Source: an uncultured Candidatus Saccharibacteria bacterium (GTDB taxonomy: Bacteria; Patescibacteriota; Minisyncoccia; Phycocordibacterales; CAIZLB01). Taken from it: 64,000 nt of DNA. Both the position numbers and the translations under genes were made by a program. A model generated the notes under the pieces. That model was not told the DNA's origin. It searched no databases and saw only the letters and a list, made by a program, of their open reading frames with translations. Shown here piece by piece: positions 20,501 to 29,463 of the stretch; the stretch's first letter is position 1; the number at the start of each line of letters is the position of its first letter. The stretch lies in contig CAZKAF010000002.1 of assembly GCA_964550955.1 (NCBI GenBank), positions 9,335 to 73,334 of the forward strand. The letters run 5' to 3'.

Positions 20501-23500
20501 ATTCGTAGGATCGACAATGGTCAGTCCGTGCGTAGGAGTAGTTGTCCCGATTCCGACATTTCCGTTCTGAGTTATGGCAAACAGGCTTGTTCCGGTAGAA
20601 GACGCGACATTGAACGGATTGATTCCGGCGAGGCCTTTCTGGTCGAATGCGTACTGAGGGCTGTTATTGTTGACGCCGACTCTTCCGAACCTGTTGACCG
20701 TAAACGCCTCGGAGCCATGATCGTACGGCCTGACGTTGAACACGCTGGCTGATCCGAGATCGATGTTGACGGCGCCGCTGTTGCCTACCCCAACTGTAGT
20801 ATTCGCTCCTCCCTGAAGCCTCATGACATTGCTTGAGGCTCCGACATATCCTATGTCAGTTCCGGCTGTCGTAAATAGGACCTGATTGAAGCCGAGAGGA
20901 TTGCTGTTGACCATCATGAATCGGGTATTTGCACTTCCTCCAAAGCTCATCTGGGCATCGTTCTCAATTGGATTGACCGTAAAATACGTGTTCGTGTTGC
21001 CCGCATTGATGCTGAGACGCGCGCCCGGAGTAGATGTTCCGATTCCCACGTTTCCAGTGCTCTTGATGGTAAAGAGCCTCGCGTTCGTAGAGGACGCGAC
21101 GGTAAAGATGTCGGCCGTTCCAGCCGTTCCCGTGATCGCGAGCTTCGCGGACGGGGTGGTGGTGCCGATTCCGATATTTCCGGTGCTCTTGACGGTAAGG
21201 AGCTGCGCGTTCGTCGAGGAGGCGACGATAAAAACATCGCTTGTGCCCGCAGTGCCGGTAACGGCGAGCCGTGCCATCGGCGTGGTCGTGCCGATTCCGG
21301 TGAATCCGGTCGAAAGTATCGTGAGCTTCGCGCTGTTGTTCGGGCCTATCATGAGGCTGCCCCCGGTGGAGTTCGAGATATTGCCTCCGAACGCGAACGT
21401 GGCCGAACCGCCGTTCACGCTATTTCCGTATCCGAACGCGTAAGATGTCTGACTGTAAACATTATTTCCGTATCCGAACGATCCCGAATAAGCACTGTAG
21501 ACGCCGTTCGCGTATCCGACTATCGTGGAGTAATCGACCCACCCTGACATGGCATTGCTCGTGCCGATGACCGTAGGCGAATACGTGCCGGATACCGAGA
21601 CGCTGTTTCTGTAACCGATCGCGATTCCTTCATATGAATGCAGTACGTTCTGATAGCCGATCGCGATGGTATAGTCATCGGATGTCTCATTGAGATCTCC
21701 TAATATGTATGAATAGGAAGCATAGGCAGCGTTACTGAATCCCAAGGCAATTGAATAGACGGAATCGGCTGAAATCGTGTTGCTCTTTCCAAATGCATAG
21801 GACACGTATCCGTGCACCGTATTGGTTGATCCGATAGCGCTCGATTCGGTCCCGCCGGCATAATTTCCATATCCGGCGGCAAGTCCGTACGTCGACGCAA
21901 TATTCTGAACGCCAAGAGCGGTCGCGTACTGTCCGGCAGCTTGGTTCAAGTGGCCAAGAGCCGTAGCCCCGAGGCCCGCAGTGGTGTTCGCCGCGCCGAA
22001 TGCCGAAGAATCGGTACCGGTGACCGTATTCCTATTTCCGACAGCCGTGGATCTGACGCCCGAAGCAACCTGGCCGGCAGATACTCGGAAAGCCTGCATG
22101 TCAAGCGAGTTCGTATTGCGCGTATTGCCAGTCACGTCTCCGATGATTACAGGACTCGTGCCTGTTCCCATTCTGAGCGGACCCGTTATGTGGGCATTGC
22201 CTGCCACAACCAGCGTTGAGCCGGGCGTCGTAGTTCCGATGCCAACCGCTCCGGCAAACGTGCTCGTCGCCGTCGTGGAAGTGGCGACGAAGAAGGCGGC
22301 GCGGATAGCGTCAGTCGAAGTCGCCGTGGCGAGGAAGCCGCTGCCGAGCGTCAGGTAGTTTGAAGATGATCCGCCGGAAATGCCAAGCGTCGATGTTGCG
22401 ACCCACTTGGTGCCGGTGCCGGTAGTCTGAAGCACCATGCCGGCGGTGCCGGCCGATGAAAGCCCGTCGTAAAATATCCCCTGAAGTTCCATGTTTCCGT
22501 ACACCTCAAGGCCCACGGTGTCTACGCCCTGTACGGATACGCTGTTTCCCAGGAATCCGAGAGCGTTTACGTAACCAGTAACCGTGGCGCTTCCCGCTAC
22601 GGTCAGTTTATCCGTAGGAGTAGACGTCCCAATCCCGACGTTTCCAGTGCTCTTGACGGTAAAGAGCCTCGCGTTCGTAGAGGACGCGACGGTAAAGATG
22701 TCGGCCGTTCCAGCCGTTCCCGTGATCGCGAGCTTCGCGGACGGGGTGGTGGTGCCGATTCCTACGCTGCCTTGAAAGTAATTTCTTCCGCCTTCCGCAT
22801 AAACTGAGTAGCCGCTTGAATTATCCTGAAGGGCATAAAGCGCCTGGCCTCCCGATGCGTTGCTGTAGCCGGAAACGCCGATATGGCCTTCTCCTCGCAC
22901 GCCCTGGTACCCGCCGGTACCCAGCACTCCGGCAGATCCGAAATAGATGGACGGAGCGTAGCCGTAGATGGCATATGTGCCTGGCCCGTCGCTGTCAGCA
23001 TCCGGCACTTCAGCATACACGCCATATGTACTGCCAAAATCCCCGACATTGCCCGATATGATGGAGCGTATGCCGGACACGGACTGGTCAGGAATTGCCG
23101 AAGTCACGACAACCAGCTTCGAGCCGGGCGTCGTTGTTCCGATTCCGAAAGACCCGTTTGCCGTAACAACGCTTAGCGAACTCGAAGCCGCATCCTGCCA
23201 TTCCTGGAGGTTCGCAGTTTGAGAAGTGAAGCCTCGAACGATGAGGGCTCTTTGTCCGGCTGAAGTGGTATGAATCTCAGCTCTTGCGATATTCGCCACG
23301 CTCTCGCTTGAAAGAGAACTTACGAGCTTCAACGTAGCGCTTACCTCAAACGCGACCCTGCCCATCGAGTTGGCGATGAGGGTCGTGCCGGCAACTCCAG
23401 CATTGCCGTCCAATCGAGTCGGAAGATAGAGACCGTTGCTGAACCGGACAGATTCCGCTTGAAACCAGATGGCGCTTTGACCGCCTGCGCCCAATGTGTA

Positions 23501-25210
23501 TGTCTGAATTGACGCCTCACGACCAGTACTGTCCGTAAAACGTATTAATTTTGTAGCGTTAGCGAGATTGGATCGGAACAAAGTTCCATTTCCCTCCACA
23601 GCAAGAGTTGTGCTGCCGTTGGACCCTTGCCATTCCTGAATATTTGAAGTCTGAGTCGAATTAGCTCTTACTATTAACTGAGGTATGTCTGTTGAACCCT
23701 GGATGTGAAGCCGTGCGGCCGGAGTAGTAGTGCCTATGCCTACGCTGCCGTTGAATATTCCGCCGTGCGCACTAATGGTCGCAAACCCAGAATCATCCGC
23801 GAGTCGGAAATCGATTCCTGCTCCATTTCGCTTGATTGCAGGGAAAGACGAAGTCGTTCCTCCAAACGAAAGTCGTCCGAATGAAGTGCCTGCATTATCG
23901 TACAGCACTATATTGCCCACTCCATTAGGCCAAATGGAGGCATTGTTCTTGAGCAAAAGACCTCTGGTTTCTCCGACGGTTATATCCCAATTTGAAACAA
24001 TGGCCCCAGATGAAATGGACAATGAGCTAAGTGCACCTGTAAAAGATCCAGTACCCTGAACGGTGAGATTGCTGCCCGGCGTCGTTGTTCCGATTCCCAC
24101 GTTTCCAGTGCTCTTGATGGTAAAGAGCCTCGCGTTCGTAGAGGACGCGACGGCGAAGATGTCGGCCGTTCCGGCCGTTCCCGTGATCGCGAGCTTGGCT
24201 GATGGTGTAGTACTGCCGATACCGACGTCGCCCGTATTGTAATAAATATTTGCGCCGGAGGTTATCCACTGGCTGCTCACCTTGCTCGCCCACTCGGTCG
24301 TAGACGCGGTGAGAGGGATGGTATAGCCGACAGCAAGAGCCAGATCTCCCGTACCTGCAGTGTATGTCAGCCCTGTCGCAGAGCTCGAAAACATATTCCG
24401 GATAGTCGTGCTTGCAAGGCCTATTCGAGCGTCAGCTCGTTCGTTCGTGAAGTACAAGTTCGTGCCTTCTGCGATGTCAGTCGTGATGAGCCCGAGCGTC
24501 GAAGTCGAGATGGCGGAAACGGAACCGTTCGTGCCAACGAGCAGTCCTGTCAGCGAGCTGATTCGAAGCGTGCCAGTAACATTCGTAGTGCTTGCCGTGA
24601 GATTCGCCGCGTAAAAATTAGTACTCGTCGCATTCGTCGTCCTCAAGTTAGTCGACGTCGCATTCGTCGCATCAAGAGCTTTTGCAGTGTCAGCGACAAA
24701 GGCAGTCGGCACGGACGCGAACTTCTTTCGCGGAGACATCTCGCCGTCCCATGAAGGCGAAGCCGTTCCTCCGATATTCACGCCGAGGTAGATTGCCTGA
24801 TCGAAGTTGATGCCGGCAAGCGAGCTCACTGAGCCGAGAAGGACGCTGAAGAGTCCGTTCGTGACCTGGACCCTGTTGCCGCCCGTTCGAGTCTCAGTCC
24901 AGATGGCAGTTCCGCCGGAAGAAACCGTATAGAGCTTGAACTCCATGTTGTAGATGCCGTCAGGCACCGCGACGTTCGAAGACGTCATGAGCTTGCCCTG
25001 ATAGTTGATCTCGGTCGCCGCCTCCGCGCTTCCCGCAAGCGAAGGATGAACGAGGCTCGCCAGGATGATGACATTTGAAAAAATTAATAACACCGCACAT
25101 AAAAAATGGGCAGTGAGAGTCTTTTTGCTTTTTGGTGAAAAAATACCGTATTTCATGAAAAGGTTTCCGGCCGTTTTTTCGCAAGACTTTGATACCTGCT
25201 CGGTTATCAT
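17534..25210 (-). CDS. Giant (about 2558 aa) cell-surface protein. It combines tail-fibre-like GNVGIGTTTP repeats, LVIVD-type beta-propeller repeats, a C-terminal intramolecular-chaperone (endosialidase-chaperone / peptidase S74-like) domain, and a Pro/Glu-rich tail.
   Basis: The signal peptide/TM segment is near MKYGIFSPKSKKTLTAHFLCAVLLIF (start likely about 25156). There are more than 8 copies of G(N/T)VGIGT(T/S)TP(S/G)AKL(A/S)I.GTAGT(A/S)D(I/V)F.VASSTNA.L(F/L)T(I/V)KSTGN(V/I)GIGT. Six or seven tandem copies, about 75 aa each, carry VFVSGNYAY(I/V)...GCE(L/F)QI(W/Y)DVSNP..PV, which is LVIVD-like. The C-terminus has SDESLKENINTIEGALDKVMQLRGVSYEW, matching the tail-fibre intramolecular-chaperone motif, and then a PAPAPTVAPDP...PEEPAPGPETP tail. 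Confidence 0.85.
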   Translation of the reverse strand: MITEQVSKSCEKTAGNLFMKYGIFSPKSKKTLTAHFLCAVLLIFSNVIILASLVHPSLAGSAEAATEINYQGKLMTSSNVAVPDGIYNMEFKLYTVSSGGTAIWTETRTGGNRVQVTNGLFSVLLGSVSSLAGINFDQAIYLGVNIGGTASPSWDGEMSPRKKFASVPTAFVADTAKALDATNATSTNLRTTNATSTNFYAANLTASTTNVTGTLRISSLTGLLVGTNGSVSAISTSTLGLITTDIAEGTNLYFTNERADARIGLASTTIRNMFSSSATGLTYTAGTGDLALAVGYTIPLTASTTEWASKVSSQWITSGANIYYNTGDVGIGSTTPSAKLAITGTAGTADIFAVASSTNARLFTIKSTGNVGIGTTTPGSNLTVQGTGSFTGALSSLSISSGAIVSNWDITVGETRGLLLKNNASIWPNGVGNIVLYDNAGTSFGRLSFGGTTSSFPAIKRNGAGIDFRLADDSGFATISAHGGIFNGSVGIGTTTPAARLHIQGSTDIPQLIVRANSTQTSNIQEWQGSNGSTTLAVEGNGTLFRSNLANATKLIRFTDSTGREASIQTYTLGAGGQSAIWFQAESVRFSNGLYLPTRLDGNAGVAGTTLIANSMGRVAFEVSATLKLVSSLSSESVANIARAEIHTTSAGQRALIVRGFTSQTANLQEWQDAASSSLSVVTANGSFGIGTTTPGSKLVVVTSAIPDQSVSGIRSIISGNVGDFGSTYGVYAEVPDADSDGPGTYAIYGYAPSIYFGSAGVLGTGGYQGVRGEGHIGVSGYSNASGGQALYALQDNSSGYSVYAEGGRNYFQGSVGIGTTTPSAKLAITGTAGTADIFTVASSTNARLFTVKSTGNVGIGTSTPTDKLTVAGSATVTGYVNALGFLGNSVSVQGVDTVGLEVYGNMELQGIFYDGLSSAGTAGMVLQTTGTGTKWVATSTLGISGGSSSNYLTLGSGFLATATSTDAIRAAFFVATSTTATSTFAGAVGIGTTTPGSTLVVAGNAHITGPLRMGTGTSPVIIGDVTGNTRNTNSLDMQAFRVSAGQVASGVRSTAVGNRNTVTGTDSSAFGAANTTAGLGATALGHLNQAAGQYATALGVQNIASTYGLAAGYGNYAGGTESSAIGSTNTVHGYVSYAFGKSNTISADSVYSIALGFSNAAYASYSYILGDLNETSDDYTIAIGYQNVLHSYEGIAIGYRNSVSVSGTYSPTVIGTSNAMSGWVDYSTIVGYANGVYSAYSGSFGYGNNVYSQTSYAFGYGNSVNGGSATFAFGGNISNSTGGSLMIGPNNSAKLTILSTGFTGIGTTTPMARLAVTGTAGTSDVFIVASSTNAQLLTVKSTGNIGIGTTTPSAKLAITGTAGTADIFTVASSTNARLFTIKSTGNVGIGTSTPGARLSINAGNTNTYFTVNPIENDAQMSFGGSANTRFMMVNSNPLGFNQVLFTTAGTDIGYVGASSNVMRLQGGANTTVGVGNSGAVNIDLGSASVFNVRPYDHGSEAFTVNRFGRVGVNNNSPQYAFDQKGLAGINPFNVASSTGTSLFAITQNGNVGIGTTTPTHGLTIVDPTNYGFEPASSTHAIRIDSSGSWGSPGILFTGSSNGAGAYNGASIEALSRTGGVWNLAFKLGNSLTEVMTLRSTGNVGIGTSSPSHTLTVAGDINFTGNIYQNGVLFTADGGAAQWITHGVDIASYNAGNVGIGTDSPAAKLSVQGSLSEPPVLAYASGVDASSLTATGTVSGILSDVFVSGNYAFVAKAALATNCNTANNKAGCELQIYDVSNPATPVYVGGADAAGAANAGVGNVAFNSVFVSGNYAYIGKAAATTCDNGANRAGCEFQIWDVSDPSNPVYQSGIDASGSVNSGAGSLAFRTVFVSGNYAFVAKLGNATNCNDGSTKIGCELHIYNVSSSTAPSYVTGIDASGQVATGTTNSAFNDVFVSGNYMYIAKANATTCDAGANRNGCELQIWDVSNPASPVFVSGADSSGATNSGAGSIAFNAVVVRNGYAYVGQAGNNSDCGLVRLGCELKIFNVSNPANPVLVGGADSSGTANGGTSTLAFDDLFISGKYLYVTKGASAAECSLADGTGCELMVFDISNPAVPRYVAGADASGSVNAGFDSAAFNDVFVANGHVFITKAASATNCNDGGTKIGCEMQTYSLTGSADPTTAFAVAGSSVFTGTAKFSNLGGDNEYLTIHESGYVGIGISTPVAPLHVKTLDPGGLVGRFEGQYGGYTTWNNGSSDVGYVGSAAYFIAANTASEFGMRSAGNLTFAAGGNTEWLRITSGGNVGIGTSTPAQKLSVAGTIFASNLLGGATTLSTDANGNIIRSPSDESLKENINTIEGALDKVMQLRGVSYEWLDKARFGTSTEIGVIAQEVEQVVPEVVSSGGEYKSVKIANLVGLLIEAVKELKVKVDGIAKEVKNGIVYFAKISVEGLTVGSREKPAGITIYDETTNEPYCLKMKGGSMVSVPGKCGTVPAPAPTVAPDPVTIPDEPEEIPAEEEADELADEDQQGGGDSVTPPASGLTTPPEEPAPGPETPATAPEPTPAPASGPDNPSA

Positions 25211-25235
25211 TAATCTTTTTGGATGTCAAAACTGA

Positions 25236-26786
25236 CTACTCGCGAGACGCTCTCTTTTGCAAGAACCGTATAGCTAAAACGACTATGAGAAGAAGGAACG
25301 AAAATGAAAGAATCTTTCGAAAATCGATTCCAAACAGGGCACTTTGTCGATCAGCGCTTGAGTGCTGCTTGATTGTAAATTCTCCGCTGGCCAAAACGGT
25401 CTCTTTACTCTTATATTTTAGCATTCCGACGTAAAATTCATAGCTGTGCGTGCTGAAAAATGTGGGTATCTCCACTTCAAATTTTCGCGTTGCCGTGTTG
25501 TAAGAAAACATGTACCCCCTGCGCACTTCCGGAATGCGATTATTGATGCAAAATGCCAGCGCGCGAGCGTCATCGAGCGCCGCGTCGGTCGCATTCAGCT
25601 CGATTCGAACGGGCAGATTCGGTTCCAGGACAATCCTTGAATTCGTGAACGATATTTTCTTTCCGGCCTGAGTGATGGACAGGTCTTCGATCCTGATTTC
25701 CCTCAATCCCTTGTTCGAAAATCCGCCTTTGGAATTGCAGAACGTGTATTCGTAAAACGGATTGCTGTAATCGGGCACGACGTACGGGAAATTGTCATCG
25801 AGAAGAGGATCGTATGGCACGCCGGTTCCGTCAGGACCCATGCCCGGACCCGTGACAGGATCGGACGAATCGTCAGGATTGATCGGGTCAGTATCCAGAT
25901 TCGTTTTCGGACCCTTGTCATCGGGACTGAGCGGATAATACACCGCGGCTATGGCGGGCGCGGAGACGTTGCCGCTGCGGTCATACGCGAAGAGCGAATA
26001 AAAATACAGCGTGCCCGGCACCAGGCTGCTGTCAGTCACCTGAGTGCCTCTTCCTTCGTACACAACCTTTCCTTCAAGCGGAGTGCGCGGATAGAAGATA
26101 TCAGACCTCACGAGCCTCACGTACGAGAAGTCAGAGTCCGTAGGAACTTTCCAGTTCAGGACTATCTGGTTCGCATTCAGATACGCCGCGAGATCGGCCG
26201 GGGCGCTCGGAGGCGAGACGTCAGGCAAGCTCAGCGTGGTGAACTGGCCTAAATAATTTATCGTATCGCCGAGAGAATCCTTCAGGGTCAGGTTGAAATA
26301 ATAGCGAGTGCCTGGCTTCAGGTTCTCTATCTTGACGTTGAAGTCGTTGTGATACCAGGCCTCGGAAAGGCTTCCTATCTCGTAGTCGGGAGTCTCTCCC
26401 CACGAGATGGACGCGATCGAGGCGAAAAGAGTCTTCAGACTCAGGGTGGCGCTGTAAAAATCAGGCGAAATCTGTATGTTCCTGATTTCGTTCGGAGTGG
26501 TGCTTGTCGAAGACGTGACCGTTGAGCCTGACCCGCCTCCTACGGGCGGCGTCGAAGTCGGAGCGGGCGGCGCGGGACAGTCGCTCGGACATGACAGGTA
26601 ATCTTCGCCGATAACGTCTTCGCATATCGCATTGTTGTTGCAGATGAGGACCTGAAGCTGCACCGTGGTCGAATTGGCGGCAGCCTGTTTCGGGCTGACG
26701 CCGCCGAAGGAAGCCAGGCCGATGAGAACGAGAAAAAAGCAAGCGAGCAGGAAACCTTCGAATTTTTTAGCAAGCTTGTCAGGCAC
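25236..26786 (-). CDS. Surface protein with fibronectin type III-like domains and a C-terminal TM anchor
   Basis: N-terminal signal/TM segment, a Cys-containing stalk, then two FN3-like modules (one with WKVP...YVRLVRSD...GTLYFYSLFAYDRSGNVSAP), then a C-terminal hydrophobic helix plus KRASRE. Confidence 0.6.
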   Translation of the reverse strand: MPDKLAKKFEGFLLACFFLVLIGLASFGGVSPKQAAANSTTVQLQVLICNNNAICEDVIGEDYLSCPSDCPAPPAPTSTPPVGGGSGSTVTSSTSTTPNEIRNIQISPDFYSATLSLKTLFASIASISWGETPDYEIGSLSEAWYHNDFNVKIENLKPGTRYYFNLTLKDSLGDTINYLGQFTTLSLPDVSPPSAPADLAAYLNANQIVLNWKVPTDSDFSYVRLVRSDIFYPRTPLEGKVVYEGRGTQVTDSSLVPGTLYFYSLFAYDRSGNVSAPAIAAVYYPLSPDDKGPKTNLDTDPINPDDSSDPVTGPGMGPDGTGVPYDPLLDDNFPYVVPDYSNPFYEYTFCNSKGGFSNKGLREIRIEDLSITQAGKKISFTNSRIVLEPNLPVRIELNATDAALDDARALAFCINNRIPEVRRGYMFSYNTATRKFEVEIPTFFSTHSYEFYVGMLKYKSKETVLASGEFTIKQHSSADRQSALFGIDFRKILSFSFLLLIVVLAIRFLQKRASRE

Positions 26787-26904
26787 GAAAACAGTATACC
26801 ATTCGAATAATAAAAATATCCAATTGCTTTTGCGGAGCGAGCTATCGATGTCCGGAACCGAAGTCGGAGTCGGCGGTCCTTGCTCGCCGGCAGGGCGCCG
26901 AAGA

Positions 26905-27669
26905 TTAAAGCGCGGTCGCAGTCACGGTAATCGACGCCGAATATCCGGAAGACGAATCCTGAATCACGTCAGCGCCGATATGCACCCTGTACTTGATTGT
27001 TGTCGTCGCGCCGGAGGGCTCGTTTGCCGTGGCGCCTTGAGAAATAATTTTCGGAGTCGTCGAGAATCCGTCCCAGCATGCATTCGCGGTATCGCCTGAG
27101 CCGAAATTGCAGACCGATCCGTTGTCCTTATACTTGCCGAGGATGTCGACGCCTTCCGGACTGAAGCCGAAAGAGCTCGATGCGGTCGAGGCGCTGTATG
27201 CAAAATCAGGATCGGCCCCTGACGGAGAATAATCGGCAATGCTCGATTGGCTCGCCCGCAATGCCGGGTTAGTCGAGGCTGAAACCGTCAGCTGATACCC
27301 GAGCGCATTGTTCGTGGTGACGTTCCATGAAGAAGAGCTCGTGCTTTGACCTCCGATCAATCCGCTGATAGATCCAAGATCGACGTCATCGACCGCGTTT
27401 ATGGAAACGTACGTGTCCTCCGGTATCCAGTATCCGGCCGACATGCGGTAATTGGTCGAGGATGAAAACCCGGTGCCCGCTTCGCCGACGGTCGAGCCGA
27501 GAGAGTAGCTGCTGCTTGTCGAGAACGATGTCCCTCCGGAATTTATGCTGTCCGTGTCGATGCGATAATTGGAGCTGCCCATGGTGTACGCGTCGATGCA
27601 GAAAGGAAGCAGCCCGATAAGCGAGAGCACGAAGAGGACGTATATTTTTCTAAGCAGCGGAATGTTCAT
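26905..27669 (-). CDS. Secreted Ser/Thr-rich surface protein, paralogue of the 28794..29450 gene
   Basis: Signal peptide. Shares blocks with the paralogue: SSWNVTTNNALGYQLTVSASTNPALRAS..SIADY and a C-terminal SGYSASITVTATAL. Shows a WxL-domain-like alternating pattern but lacks the tryptophans. Confidence 0.5.
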   Translation of the reverse strand: MNIPLLRKIYVLFVLSLIGLLPFCIDAYTMGSSNYRIDTDSINSGGTSFSTSSSYSLGSTVGEAGTGFSSSTNYRMSAGYWIPEDTYVSINAVDDVDLGSISGLIGGQSTSSSSWNVTTNNALGYQLTVSASTNPALRASQSSIADYSPSGADPDFAYSASTASSSFGFSPEGVDILGKYKDNGSVCNFGSGDTANACWDGFSTTPKIISQGATANEPSGATTTIKYRVHIGADVIQDSSSGYSASITVTATAL

Positions 27670-27762
27670 ATTTTAAAGCCGGCCCTTTTCGCCCGTCAAT
27701 TCGCCCGGCAAGTTCTGACAAAAATCACGTCTTCGCAGGCCGGAGCGAGTTGGCGGCAGGGC

Positions 27763-28719
27763 CTATTTTCTCTTGAGCTCAAACTTCTTGCCGAACAGGT
27801 ACATGCCAGTCACGACCAGGAAGACGACGAGAACCAGGCCTGCGACGTATTTCCATGGAATTGCCCAGAAGGATATTTTCTGCTCGTCAACGACGTCGCC
27901 GTAACCTCGATTCAGGGAAAGGGTCGCGGTATATCGCCCGAAGAGAGTTTCCTTGTCCCAATTGACCTGACGATACCTGAGCGAATCAGGAAGCGAGAAA
28001 TACGCATCTACGGGAACCGCGGCAACTTCCCTGCCGAAGATGTTTCTCACCTTGACCATGCCGTATGGCACCAAGTGCACGCTTCCCTCGTTCTTGTAAA
28101 GTATTTCGAAAGTAATCGGACCATTTTGAATGATTCCGGGCTTCGGACCCTTGGCCCTGAAGTCTTCGAGCCTTCCTGATTCGTTGACCGGGCCGTTTAC
28201 CCTGATGAAGAAGAGGACTCCGAGTCGGGAGACGATTCTGGTTCTGCCCGCCGAAACGTCGGATGCGTTATCGGGAGGGATGCTGGCAACGATGACCGAA
28301 GAGTAGTAACCGCCCGGCGCAGTTTCCGCAGGAACCGTTATGGTCACGGGAATCTGAATTCTCTGGCCCAAGTCAAGGGAGAAATTGTCAACGCTGGGAT
28401 TGATGTTGTTTCGGAAAGAGTGAGGGCTCGAGTCGTCGTCAAGAAGAAGCACCGGAGTCTCGGGATCCTGCGTGCCGACGAAGTCTTCAGTCACCACTTG
28501 GAATCGCGTGTTCGGCGCGAGGCGGCTGATTACGGAAATGTTCTTAGTGACCGTCTCCCCCGGATTAAGGAAAACCTCTATCTTTCCGGGCTCCAGAACG
28601 AAGTCTCCTCGCGCGTCGACGCCTGTCGGAGTTATGGCCTGGGCGAAAGATTCGCTAGCCGCCGAAAACAGCAATGCGACCAAGAGTGCGGATGTTGCTA
28701 TTTTTCGGAAGGGGTTCAT
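27763..28719 (-). CDS. CscA/DUF916-like cell-surface protein (signal peptide plus C-terminal TM anchor with a KRK tail)
   Basis: Signal peptide. A central NFSLDLGQRIQIPVTITVPAETAPGGYY block resembles the DUF916 core. The C-terminus has a hydrophobic helix followed by KKFELKRK. It is flanked by two paralogous secreted proteins, as in Gram-positive csc (WxL) clusters. Confidence 0.5.
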   Translation of the reverse strand: MNPFRKIATSALLVALLFSAASESFAQAITPTGVDARGDFVLEPGKIEVFLNPGETVTKNISVISRLAPNTRFQVVTEDFVGTQDPETPVLLLDDDSSPHSFRNNINPSVDNFSLDLGQRIQIPVTITVPAETAPGGYYSSVIVASIPPDNASDVSAGRTRIVSRLGVLFFIRVNGPVNESGRLEDFRAKGPKPGIIQNGPITFEILYKNEGSVHLVPYGMVKVRNIFGREVAAVPVDAYFSLPDSLRYRQVNWDKETLFGRYTATLSLNRGYGDVVDEQKISFWAIPWKYVAGLVLVVFLVVTGMYLFGKKFELKRK

Positions 28720-28793
28720 ATGTGGAAGATTATACCAGAAACTTAGCTAAGTAAAGATTGCCCGAAGAGCAGTCAAATACTCCGGATTGGCTT

Positions 28794-29450
28794 TTAAGAA
28801 GCGGTTGCCGTCGCGGTGATTATCGCCTGATACGTTCCTGACGGGATATAGAATGTGTTCTGTCCGACGGCATAGCATACGGTCGTGTCGATGCCGGTAG
28901 TAGTTGTCGTCGAAGTTCTCGTGAGCACGGTAAAGTTGGACGTAGTGAATCCCTTATAGTTCAAGGTCGTTGACGGGATATGGGCACCGCCTGATGCGCA
29001 AGTCGAGCCAGTTCCCCATGTGCCGGTAACAACGCCCGTTCCGAATACTGAGTATCCGAACGCCGCCGCGCCGGGAGAAACGGACCATGTGTTAGGCGAT
29101 CCTGTCTGGTAGTCCGCAATCGAAGCGGAAGTCGTGGCTTCCCTCATTGCCGGAGAAGTGGAAGCTCGGAGGGCCAGGGTATAGCCTGCCGAGTTGTTCG
29201 TCTTCACGTTCCATGTCGTCGTGCCTACGGCAGTGTCGGAAGAGACGCCGAGCGACGTGCTCATCGTTGAGTCAGCAGGAGAAGTGATTGAAATACCAGT
29301 CGTAACATTCAAAGTAATAACGACGGTGTCAGTAGCTTGAGCCTCTGACAGCGAAGGTTCAATTAAGGTAAAGCCCAGCATCAGGCAGAGCGTCGTGATG
29401 AGGGTTGAACTAATTATTTTTTTCATGTTTTTTTTCATTTGTAAATGCAA
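28794..29450 (-). CDS. Secreted Thr/Ser-rich surface protein, paralogue of the 26905..27669 gene
   Basis: Signal peptide. Shares blocks TTWNVKTNNSAGYTLALRASTSPAMRE..SIADY and a C-terminal GTYQAIITATATAS. Confidence 0.5.
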   Translation of the reverse strand: MHLQMKKNMKKIISSTLITTLCLMLGFTLIEPSLSEAQATDTVVITLNVTTGISITSPADSTMSTSLGVSSDTAVGTTTWNVKTNNSAGYTLALRASTSPAMREATTSASIADYQTGSPNTWSVSPGAAAFGYSVFGTGVVTGTWGTGSTCASGGAHIPSTTLNYKGFTTSNFTVLTRTSTTTTTGIDTTVCYAVGQNTFYIPSGTYQAIITATATAS

Positions 29451-29463
29451 CTTGGTAATTTAT

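Noticed and set aside
17459-24614. Many plus-strand ORFs of 60-350 aa (e.g. 17459-18055, 18575-19627, 20886-21443, 21981-22358, 23730-24059) and the minus-strand ORF 17754-18509, all inside the giant gene region
   Set aside because: All lie antisense or out-of-frame within a single uninterrupted 7.7-kb minus-strand ORF that has coherent repeat and domain structure. Their composition is Arg/Ala/Gly-rich, as expected from reading a Thr/Ser/Gly-rich gene in the wrong frame.
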